Shown here in pieces: positions 18,555 through 26,194 of a stretch of DNA of 32,000 nucleotides (position 1 is its first letter; each line of letters begins with the position of its first letter). Both the position numbers and the translations under genes were made by a program. The DNA is taken from positions 420,001 through 452,000 of the forward strand of contig NZ_CP043316.1 of the NCBI RefSeq assembly GCF_008189405.1, written 5' to 3'. The notes beneath the pieces were generated by a model, which searched no databases, was not told the origin of the DNA, and was given only the letters and a program-made list of their open reading frames with translations. The stretch is from Candidatus Saccharimonadota bacterium. GTDB taxonomy: Bacteria; Pseudomonadota; Alphaproteobacteria; CAJXXZ01; 1604HC.

Positions 18555-19367
18555 TTATTTTATATCATTCTCAGGGCTTCTCACTCCAATTGTATGATAT
18601 CCACTATCTACGTAAATGATTTCCCCGGTCACACCATGAGATAATTCACTCACTAAGTATGTCGCAGTTCCACCAACTTCTTCCAAAGTAGTATTTGCTT
18701 TAATTGGGGAATGCGTTTTATGCCATGTTAGCAATTCTGGGAAATCTTTAATCGCTGATGAAGCCAAAGTTCTTACTGGTCCAGCAGAAATACAGTTTAC
18801 TCTAATATTATCCACACCAAAATCATTCGCCAAGTACATCACACTAGCTTCCAACGCACTTTTCGCTACTCCCATAACATTATAATTCGGAATATATTTT
18901 ACTGCTCCATAATATGAAAGTGTGATCATGGACCCACCATTTTTCATTAATGGGGCACATTCTCTAGCTGCTGCTGTGAAAGAATAACAGGAAATATTCA
19001 TTGCCTGAGCAAATGCATCTTTTGTAACATCTGAGTACTTACCATTCATATATGTTTTATCTGCAAATGCAATTGAGTGTACAAGAAAATCCACATTATC
19101 CCAATGATTTCCAACTTTATTGAAGAATCCAGCAATTTCGCCTTCGTTATCAGCATCACATGGATACGCAAAACTAGCATTTAGCTGATCTGCGATCCCA
19201 ACTGCTCTACTTTCTAGATTCGGATGGTAACTAATTCCAATTTCAGCTCCATGATTCACAAAGGACTCCGCGATACCAGACGCAATAGATCTGTTATTTG
19301 CAACCCCCATAATTATACCTTTTTTACCTTTTAACAAGTTACTTTTACAATCATCTGTAGTGTTCAA
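18555..19367 (-). CDS. fabI: Enoyl-ACP reductase (NADH), FabI
   Basis: Evidence is LLKGKKGIIMGVANNRSIASGIA, HSIAFA, SYYGA..IPNYNVMGVAKSALEA and INCISAGPVRTLA. Confidence 0.9.
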   Translation of the reverse strand: MNTTDDCKSNLLKGKKGIIMGVANNRSIASGIAESFVNHGAEIGISYHPNLESRAVGIADQLNASFAYPCDADNEGEIAGFFNKVGNHWDNVDFLVHSIAFADKTYMNGKYSDVTKDAFAQAMNISCYSFTAAARECAPLMKNGGSMITLSYYGAVKYIPNYNVMGVAKSALEASVMYLANDFGVDNIRVNCISAGPVRTLASSAIKDFPELLTWHKTHSPIKANTTLEEVGGTATYLVSELSHGVTGEIIYVDSGYHTIGVRSPENDIK

Positions 19368-19517
19368 TTCACACCCCTTACAGGTCGAATTTTATGCATT
19401 AGTATTTATTTTGTCAAACTGATTAATTATTGCTGACTAATTATTACTAACTATGCACTATAATTTTCAAATGCATACCCACTTTTGAAAAGAGATGGGT
19501 TTATATGCTTTTGCTAC

Positions 19518-21794
19518 TTATTTTCTAATATGAGAAGGGCTTTTCTCTCTTAGAAAATCACCATGAGGCTTTCCTGCTGCGACTTGATTATCAAACCCAG
19601 ACCAATCGCTAATCCTTACATGCAAACTACCATGATTATTTGTTGAATATAACCAATCTGGAGAACTTTCAAGATAGTTTGTTAATAGAATTTTATCTGA
19701 CCTATTATATGTAGTTATATAAATCTCTTCATCAGAATATATATCACTAGGTAGTCTCAATACATTTTTTGTAATCATTTCACTTATTTTATAACCAGCA
19801 TAATTAAGATCATCATATTTAAATGCTATAGCGCTATCACCATTGCTACATAATTTACTATATCTACTCATTATATCCATGCTTTTTATACGATCATACC
19901 AATTTTGATGTATATGAGGACAATTAGGTAGTGTTCCATGTCCATTAGATACATACATCATACTAACTTTAAAAAATTTATCTAAAAACTTCATTGTGCT
20001 CCATTGATTTTCAGATCCATGATGAGGTGCTATACAAATAATATCATGATTTTTACTGTCATGACCCAATAAATCTCTTAATAAGTCAGTAGATATATAA
20101 CTTTCTTTTTCAAGCTTTGATGGCACGCTACTTATTAATCCCAAAATTGTACTATCCTCAGCATCTCCTGTACAAATCATTGATAAATACTTTGTTTTTC
20201 CATTTGATCTATCTTGATATTGATGTGTAAACGAAATAATCGGACTTGATGCATTATCATTACCTGCAATATCCGTATTCATAGACCATATGTATATATA
20301 ATCTTTCAACTGAGCAATCGCATTATCAAATGCACCTAAATACCCTACCAAATTTTTTATCTCTTCATTCTTTTTCTGATTAGCATGCGTTTCCATTTCA
20401 TTTAATCTTCTTATTGCCTTTGCTTCTGCTGTTTTTTCTGCTAACACTCCTTTGTTTATTGCATTTTTTACTAATCTTTCTTTTTCTACATCTGTTACTT
20501 CTGCTTTCATTGCTTCTTTTGCTTTTAATGCTCCGTGCACTGCTAATTTTGCTGCTGCTTCTGCTTCTGATGCTCTTTCTGCTGCTTTTTCTGCTGCTTT
20601 TTCTTTTACTTCTAATACTTTTGCCTCTTCTGCCTCTATTTTATTGACTGCATCTATTGCTTCTACTGCACCTATTGCTTCTACTGCTTTTTTTACATCT
20701 TCTTCTTTTTCTGTTACTTTTTCTATTGCTTTTTCTATTGCTTTTATTGTTGCATTTTTCTTTAATGTTCCTATTTTTGCTTTTTCTGCTACATTTTTTG
20801 CTTTTTTCTCTTCTGCTTTTTCTTTTGCTTCTCTTAATTCATCTATTGCCTTATTTAGTTTGTCTTTCATTTTTATTACTTTGTTTGCTACTGTTGTTGC
20901 TTCATCTATTGCTTTTGTTGCTACTTTTGCTTCTGTTTCTGCTTCTTCTGCTTTTATTGCTAATTCTACTGCATCTTTTACTGCATCTTTTACTGCATCT
21001 TCTTCTATTGCATGATTTATTACTGACTCTACTGCTTCTTTTGCTTCTTTTGCTTCTTCTTTGTTGTTATACTTTATTATTGCTTTGCTTTTTTCTGTTT
21101 TTATTGCTTCTATTTTATTTTTCTTTTGCTTATCTATGCATTCATCACTGAATTGACCTTGAGCATACTCCCACATCTCTTTAATATTTCTAGCAGGAAA
21201 ATCACTATCTATACTATCTTTCCAACAATATGGCTCTATTGCATATCTACTTAAAAGCTGCTCTACTTTCCATGATTCTTCTGTATTTTTACCAGCCCAA
21301 TCTCCACATAGAAAGGCAATTTTAGCTAATCCATCAGGAATATTTAATTTGCCTATATTATTTATATGATCTAGATCTGGGTGTGATAAGATGATTACAA
21401 GTAAATTTAAATCTGAGAATTTAAGCGCATCTGTAATACCTTTTAACTGCATTTTTGAAACATCACTACGCTTATTTGCGCATACTGATTTATAATATAT
21501 ACTAGAATTTACATTATCATCTGATAAAGAATCGTCTATAGCATTATATGCACTCTTAATTTCCTCATTACGCATCATATTATTCCATGAATTCTCACTG
21601 CTCCCACAATCATAAAGGAATCCAATTCGCTCTTCTCCGTTAGGACGCATAGGATTTTGCACAACATACTTATTCAACTGGCAATTTCCTTGTCCAACGT
21701 CAAACACATGCATCTCACTACTAATTGGCGCAGCGTCAACTGATATACCAACAACCAATATCAAGCTGCATAATAGCATCATATTATTCTTCAT
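19518..21794 (-). CDS. Paralog P4 of the ComEC-type MBL-fold family, with a roughly 265-aa Ala/Glu/Lys-rich insert
   Basis: AGAGG lies upstream of the ATG. The signal peptide has a VDA-AP site. Motifs are EMHVFDVGQGNCQL, IGFLYDCGS, LLVIILSHPDLDHIN, FLCGDW, IYIWSMNT, SPIISFTH, ICTGDAEDST, IAPHHGS, YVSNGHGTLPNCPHIHQNW and SPDWLYSTNNHGS. Confidence 0.8.
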   Translation of the reverse strand: MKNNMMLLCSLILVVGISVDAAPISSEMHVFDVGQGNCQLNKYVVQNPMRPNGEERIGFLYDCGSSENSWNNMMRNEEIKSAYNAIDDSLSDDNVNSSIYYKSVCANKRSDVSKMQLKGITDALKFSDLNLLVIILSHPDLDHINNIGKLNIPDGLAKIAFLCGDWAGKNTEESWKVEQLLSRYAIEPYCWKDSIDSDFPARNIKEMWEYAQGQFSDECIDKQKKNKIEAIKTEKSKAIIKYNNKEEAKEAKEAVESVINHAIEEDAVKDAVKDAVELAIKAEEAETEAKVATKAIDEATTVANKVIKMKDKLNKAIDELREAKEKAEEKKAKNVAEKAKIGTLKKNATIKAIEKAIEKVTEKEEDVKKAVEAIGAVEAIDAVNKIEAEEAKVLEVKEKAAEKAAERASEAEAAAKLAVHGALKAKEAMKAEVTDVEKERLVKNAINKGVLAEKTAEAKAIRRLNEMETHANQKKNEEIKNLVGYLGAFDNAIAQLKDYIYIWSMNTDIAGNDNASSPIISFTHQYQDRSNGKTKYLSMICTGDAEDSTILGLISSVPSKLEKESYISTDLLRDLLGHDSKNHDIICIAPHHGSENQWSTMKFLDKFFKVSMMYVSNGHGTLPNCPHIHQNWYDRIKSMDIMSRYSKLCSNGDSAIAFKYDDLNYAGYKISEMITKNVLRLPSDIYSDEEIYITTYNRSDKILLTNYLESSPDWLYSTNNHGSLHVRISDWSGFDNQVAAGKPHGDFLREKSPSHIRK
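20345..21140 (-). repeat. Low-complexity, degenerate A/E/K-rich (coiled-coil-like) coding insert in P4
   Basis: The plus strand is an almost pure pyrimidine run. It translates as EAKEAKEAVE..AVKDAVKDAVELAIKAEEAETEAK..AIEKAIEKVTEKEE..AVEAIGAVEAIDAV... It lies between the FLCGDW and FDNAIAQL motifs. Confidence 0.7.
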
Positions 21795-21905
21795 TTTACC
21801 TCTATCCTCATAATGCCCAGGTTTTTACAATGAATTGCACCTGAAACTTTATAATTGTTCAGACTATAACCTATTTTCCCAGCAATTTAAAGAGTAATGC
21901 CTGAA
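21795..21905 (-). promoter_or_regulatory. Conserved upstream region of P4 (putative promoter, 5-prime UTR, RBS)
   Basis: It is near-identical to 25368-25478. In gene orientation it reads TTTAAA (21891-21886), a 17-nt spacer, TATAGT (21868-21863), then CTGAACAATTATAAA. Confidence 0.5.
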
Positions 21906-21969
21906 TATCACGAAAATTCGTTTATTGCCTAAAATCCACATAAAAAGTACAGTAAAATCAGGAGAATAT

Positions 21970-22698
21970 ATGAGTATCGATACATTTTTATCTGAATTGG
22001 AATCTGGAAACACAAGAATCGTACGTAAAAATCAAGGAAAATGGGAATTAAATCAACCTGCTTTCTCCAAAATAAACGAAATATTCAAATCGGACAAAAA
22101 AATCAGCAAAATCGACGGATTGGTCAAATGGGCAGACAAAATCGATATGCAAAGCAACCTATTACATGATCAAGATTTGCTCAACAAAGATTTCCGACTA
22201 GTACCAGGTTCATGGGTAAGGCGCGGAGCATATATCGGCCCAAAATCCGTAATCATGACAAACTCATTCGTGAATATCGGGGCCCACATCGGGGATGAAA
22301 CCATGGTGGATAGCGGAGTCACAATCGGATCCTGCGCATACATCGGCGCACAATGCCACATCTCATCCAATGTCATCATCGCCGGCGTACTCGAACCATC
22401 ACAACACATGCCAGTAATTATCGAAGATAACGTGTTTATCGGCGCACAATCACTCATTGCTGAAGGGGTTGTAGTGCCAGAAGGATGCGTAATAGGTGCA
22501 GGTACAAAACTTACATCCTCCACTAAAATCTTCGACGTCGATGGGGATGAAATCAACGAAATCGAACCGTACAGCGTCATAATCCCAGGAACATACAGCA
22601 AAACCTCCAAAATCTCATTCTCATGCGCTGTAGTTATCAAGAAAGTCGACAAAAACACAAAATCTAAAACAAACATCAATGAATTACTTAGAGATTGA
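21970..22698 (+). CDS. dapD: 2,3,4,5-tetrahydropyridine-2,6-dicarboxylate N-succinyltransferase
   Basis: The hexapeptide-repeat core is RLVPGSWVRRGAYIGPKSVIMTNSFVNIGAHIGDETMVDSGVTIGSCAYIGAQCHISSNVIIAGVLEP. I prefer the ATG at 21970, which is preceded by AGGAG, over the TTG at 21925 used by the track. Confidence 0.9.
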   Translation: MSIDTFLSELESGNTRIVRKNQGKWELNQPAFSKINEIFKSDKKISKIDGLVKWADKIDMQSNLLHDQDLLNKDFRLVPGSWVRRGAYIGPKSVIMTNSFVNIGAHIGDETMVDSGVTIGSCAYIGAQCHISSNVIIAGVLEPSQHMPVIIEDNVFIGAQSLIAEGVVVPEGCVIGAGTKLTSSTKIFDVDGDEINEIEPYSVIIPGTYSKTSKISFSCAVVIKKVDKNTKSKTNINELLRD

Positions 22699-22742
22699 GG
22701 TGTTTTAGCAATGGAAATAGATCTATGTACTGGTAGGTTTTA

Positions 22743-22930
22743 ATGAATTGTCTAAATATTTGCATCTCATCATCACTATTTTTCGAGGAACGTTTTATTC
22801 ATATGGTTGCTCATGGGCACTACACCTAATCGGGTACAATCACGAAACCTAGTAACAAAGCAAAATCATGCAGGACGTAGAAATAAAATTGCTCAAAACC
22901 TTTAATATCCAAAATCCTTATTTAACTTAA
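22743..22930 (+). pseudogene. ybeY: Remnant of the endoribonuclease gene ybeY (C-terminal part, frameshift plus two in-frame stops)
   Basis: Frame 1 reads ..LNICISSSLFFEERFIHMVAHG. After a 1-nt loss in a G run, the next frame reads ALHLIGYNHET-stop-stop-QSKIMQDVEIKLLKTFNIQNPYLT. This matches the YbeY signature H.vHG.LHL.GYDH....M...E..iL....i..PY. The N-terminal roughly 90 aa of a normal YbeY are missing. Confidence 0.55.
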
Positions 22931-22961
22931 TAGAAATATCAATAGTTTTTATCTATATATA

Positions 22962-25367
22962 TTATGAGCTTTGACCAGATTGATTATCATCTCTTACAGC
23001 TGAAGGAACACTGCCAGCCCTACCTGTGCTATTATGCAACGCAACTGGCACACGTGATGATGGTGGTGAAGGTGAAGATGCATGTGTAAGGCCACGCCAA
23101 TCACGTATATAAATGTGCAAACTGCCATGATTATTTGTTGAATATAGCCAAGATTGGCAATGTTTATGCTCAGCAGATTCATTATATGAATCTGATGCAG
23201 ATTTTTTCTCACTATACATAGTTATGCTTATCTCTTTATCATAAATATCATAGCTACCCTTTAACTTTATCTTATCGCCTGACGAATCATAAACTGAGAG
23301 TCCCATAGCATCCTTACTATTAATACATAGATAGTTATACCTCTTTATAATATCATTATTAAATATGCCAATACTCATTGTTCTATACCATCTCTTATTA
23401 ATATGTGGATGTCGCCCTCCATGCCCATTAGATACATAAACCATGCTCATCTTCATTAAATCATTTAATAAAAGCACAGTATTTGCCTGACCTGCAGAAC
23501 CATGATGTGGCGCAACACAAATAATATCATGATCACTAGTATCACTTGTTATAGAATCATATAATGCATATAATCCAACTTTATGACTATCTGTCGCCTG
23601 CATCAATGCATTTACATATGAGTATTTTTGTAATTTCATATTCCTACGCACAATATCTTTTCTATCTTTTAAATATAGTGGCAACCCTCCTTCCGATGAT
23701 ACACTATTCTCACCTTTGCCACACACTGTACTATCCTCAGCATCTCCCGTACAAATCATTGATAAATATTTTGTCCCTGGTACAGTATGTGTAAATGAAA
23801 TAATAGGACTTACTGCATTCTGATCATTTCCAGGCGCAGTATTCATAGACCATATGTATATATAATCTTTTAACTGAGCAACTGCATTATCAAATAAATC
23901 TAAACATCCATCATATTTTTCTAATTCACCTACTTTCTTTTCTGCTTCCTTTGCTTCCCTTATTTCTTTCTCTCCTTCTTCTATTGCTTTGCTTGTTTCT
24001 TTCTCTCCCTCTTCTATTGCTTTTCTTATTTTTTTCTCTTCTGCTTCTATTGCTTTGCTTGTTTTTTTCTCTGCTGCTTCCTTTGCTTCCCTTATTGCTT
24101 TCTTTTCTGCTTCTATTGCTTTGCTTGTTTTTTTCTCTGCTGCTTCCTTTGCTTCCCTTATTGCTTTCTTTTCTGCTTCTATTGCTTTGCTTGTTTTTTT
24201 CTCTGCTGCTTCCTTTGCTTCCCTTATTGCTTTCTTTTCTGCTTCTATTGCTTTGCTTGTTTCTTTCTCTCCTTCTTCTATTGCTTTTCTTATTTTTTTC
24301 TCTTCTGCTTCTATTGCTTTGCTTGTTTTTTTCTCTGCTGCTTCCTTTGCTTCCCTTATTGCTTTCTTTTCTGCTTCTATTGCTTTGCTTGTTTTTTTCT
24401 CTGCTGCTTCCTTTGCTTCCCTTATTGCTTTCTTTTCTGCTTCTATTGCTTTGCTTGTTTCTTTCTCTCCTTCTTCTATTGCTTTTCTTATTTTTTTCTC
24501 TTCTGCTTCTATTGCTTTGCTTGTTTTTTTCTCTGCTGCTTCCTTTGCTTCCCTTATTGCTTTCTTTTCTGCTTCTATTGCTTTGCTTGTTTTTTTCTCT
24601 GCTGCTTCCTTTGCTTCCCTTATTGCTTTCTTTTCTGCTTCTATTGCTTTGCTTGTTTTTTCCTCTGCTGCTTCCTTTGCTTCCCTTACTGCTATTTCTA
24701 TATTCTTTTCTTCTTCCTTTATTTTTTCTATTACATCATCTATTGCTGCATATATATGATTATTCCTATTTTTAACCTTGTTTTCTAATTGAGATTTTGC
24801 CTTATCCCACAACCGTAAAATATTCCCAGAAAAGAAATTACTGCTTTTTTCTTTATCCCAATAAAATGGCTCTATTGCATACTTACTTAATACTTCTTGT
24901 ACATTCCATGATTCTACAGTATTTTTCCCAACAAAATCACCACATAAAAATGATATAATTTTTAGTGTGTCATTATCAATTTTTGCTTTTATATCAGTAC
25001 TTTTCAAAACAACATCTATCTTATTTATATGATCTAAATCTGGATGTGACAAAACTATTACAAGTAAATCTAAATCTACAAGCTTGTCGTTAATGCTATG
25101 AATTAATTTATCAGAATTCAATATACCTCCAGGTAAGACACCTTTACCTCCTAAACGCTGAGGAAACTCACAACTCCCGCAATCATACAGGAATCCAATT
25201 CGCTCTTCTCCATTAGGACGCATAGGATTTTGCACAACATACGTATTCAACTGGCAGTTGCCTTGTCCTACATCAAATACATGCATCTCACTACTAATTG
25301 GCGCAGCATCGATCGATATACCAACAACCAGTATCAGGCTGCGTAATAGCATCATATTATTCTTCAT
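22962..25367 (-). CDS. Paralog P5 of the ComEC-type MBL-fold family, with a 12-unit 22-aa tandem repeat insert and a Pro/Ser-rich tail
   Basis: The 5-prime end is near-identical to P4. Motifs are EMHVFDVGQGNCQL, IGFLYDCGS, LLVIVLSHPDLDHIN, FLCGDF, IYIWSMNT, SPIISFTH, ICTGDAEDST, VAPHHGS, YVSNGHGGRHPHINKRW and CQSWLYSTNNHGS. Confidence 0.8.
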   Translation of the reverse strand: MKNNMMLLRSLILVVGISIDAAPISSEMHVFDVGQGNCQLNTYVVQNPMRPNGEERIGFLYDCGSCEFPQRLGGKGVLPGGILNSDKLIHSINDKLVDLDLLVIVLSHPDLDHINKIDVVLKSTDIKAKIDNDTLKIISFLCGDFVGKNTVESWNVQEVLSKYAIEPFYWDKEKSSNFFSGNILRLWDKAKSQLENKVKNRNNHIYAAIDDVIEKIKEEEKNIEIAVREAKEAAEEKTSKAIEAEKKAIREAKEAAEKKTSKAIEAEKKAIREAKEAAEKKTSKAIEAEEKKIRKAIEEGEKETSKAIEAEKKAIREAKEAAEKKTSKAIEAEKKAIREAKEAAEKKTSKAIEAEEKKIRKAIEEGEKETSKAIEAEKKAIREAKEAAEKKTSKAIEAEKKAIREAKEAAEKKTSKAIEAEKKAIREAKEAAEKKTSKAIEAEEKKIRKAIEEGEKETSKAIEEGEKEIREAKEAEKKVGELEKYDGCLDLFDNAVAQLKDYIYIWSMNTAPGNDQNAVSPIISFTHTVPGTKYLSMICTGDAEDSTVCGKGENSVSSEGGLPLYLKDRKDIVRRNMKLQKYSYVNALMQATDSHKVGLYALYDSITSDTSDHDIICVAPHHGSAGQANTVLLLNDLMKMSMVYVSNGHGGRHPHINKRWYRTMSIGIFNNDIIKRYNYLCINSKDAMGLSVYDSSGDKIKLKGSYDIYDKEISITMYSEKKSASDSYNESAEHKHCQSWLYSTNNHGSLHIYIRDWRGLTHASSPSPPSSRVPVALHNSTGRAGSVPSAVRDDNQSGQSS
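23930..24716 (-). repeat. 66-bp (22-aa) in-frame tandem array, about 12 units, with 198-bp higher-order structure
   Basis: Unit A is KAIEAEKKAIREAKEAAEKKTS and unit B is KAIEAEEKKIRKAIEEGEKETS. The order in gene direction is A-prime A A B A A B A A A B, then a hybrid unit. Many units are identical at the nucleotide level. Confidence 0.9.
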
Positions 25368-25478
25368 TTTACCTCTATCCTCATAATGTCCAGGTTTTTA
25401 CAACGAACTGCACCTGAAACTTTATAATTGTTCAGACTATAACCTATTTTCCCAGCAATTTAAAGGGTAATGCCTATA
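25368..25478 (-). promoter_or_regulatory. Conserved upstream region of P5 (putative promoter, 5-prime UTR, RBS)
   Basis: It is near-identical to 21795-21905, with a handful of substitutions. In gene orientation it reads TTTAAA (25464-25459), a 17-nt spacer, TATAGT (25441-25436), then CTGAACAATTATAAA. Confidence 0.5.
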
Positions 25479-25559
25479 AATTGAATTATAAATCATAAGC
25501 AACTTTCAAAAATGGCATGAATCATATAAAATTGATCTTATAATAAATGGAGGTGTTTT

Positions 25560-26105
25560 ATGCTTGGTGTTGGATCAAAGTTTCCTGAATTTAACTTGCA
25601 AAGTGTATTAGGCAAGGATCAGAAGAATACGTTTAAAGAAATCAATTCTTCTTCATACAACGGCAAATGGATTATATTTTTCTTCTGGCCTAAGGATTTT
25701 ACATTTGTATGCCCTACAGAAATCAGTGCTTTTTCAGATTTGCAAAAGGATTTCGAAGAGAGAAATACACAAGTTCTAGGTGCTAGTATGGATTCTGAGT
25801 TTGTGCATTTGGCATGGAAGAAAGAAAATTCTGAAATTGGACGCGTAAACTTCCCTATGTTAGCAGACATTGGTGGATCTTTGACAGATGAATTAGGAAT
25901 CAAGGATGCAAAACATGGTGTTTCTCAACGTGCAACATATATAATTGACCCGAATATGGTTATTAGACATGTTAGCGTAGTTGATTTGAATGTTGGAAGA
26001 AGTCCTGAAGAAATATTACGTACTTTGGATGCGCTGCAAAATGGTGGGTTGTGTCCTGTAAACTGGAAAAAAGGGAGTCCTACCCTTCAACCAGGAAATG
26101 AATAA
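25560..26105 (+). CDS. ahpC: Typical 2-Cys peroxiredoxin (AhpC/Prx1 type)
   Basis: The peroxidatic Cys lies in FFFWPKDFTFVCPTEI and the resolving Cys in GGLCPVNWKKG. GGAGG lies upstream of the ATG. Confidence 0.9.
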   Translation: MLGVGSKFPEFNLQSVLGKDQKNTFKEINSSSYNGKWIIFFFWPKDFTFVCPTEISAFSDLQKDFEERNTQVLGASMDSEFVHLAWKKENSEIGRVNFPMLADIGGSLTDELGIKDAKHGVSQRATYIIDPNMVIRHVSVVDLNVGRSPEEILRTLDALQNGGLCPVNWKKGSPTLQPGNE

Positions 26106-26194
26106 AACGACTAATGAATCAATGATCAGTCAAGATTCAAACTGTCAAAATACATATATCAATCAGAAAGCAAATTGCAAGAAAGAATCTACAT

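Noticed and set aside
20414-21151. Three plus-strand ORFs (20414-20647, 20452-21015, 20657-21151) encoding Leu/Phe/Ser/Ala-rich polypeptides
   Set aside because: They are the antisense reading of the purine-rich A/E/K coding insert of P4. The open frames come from low-complexity pyrimidine runs, there are no RBSs, and they lie entirely inside a well-supported minus-strand gene.
22170-22679. A 169-aa minus-strand ORF inside dapD
   Set aside because: It is antisense to a gene with unmistakable hexapeptide-repeat homology. The open frame is explained by the codon bias of dapD.
23930-24716. The regular 66-bp repeats could at first glance suggest a CRISPR array
   Set aside because: The units are contiguous with no unique spacers, are in frame within a long ORF, and encode a coherent 22-aa repeat. 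There are no cas genes in the window.
23951-24775. Two plus-strand ORFs (23951-24775, 23989-24759) with periodic Leu/Phe/Ser sequence
   Set aside because: They are antisense artefacts of the P5 66-bp tandem array, for the same reason as in P4.
11156-25478. Whether the region from tRNA-Ser to P5 is a discrete integrated genomic island or prophage
   Set aside because: I found no integrase, transposase, phage structural genes or distal full-length att repeat. Core genes (sppA, fabI, dapD) are interspersed. Only the att-like scars next to the tRNA are reported.
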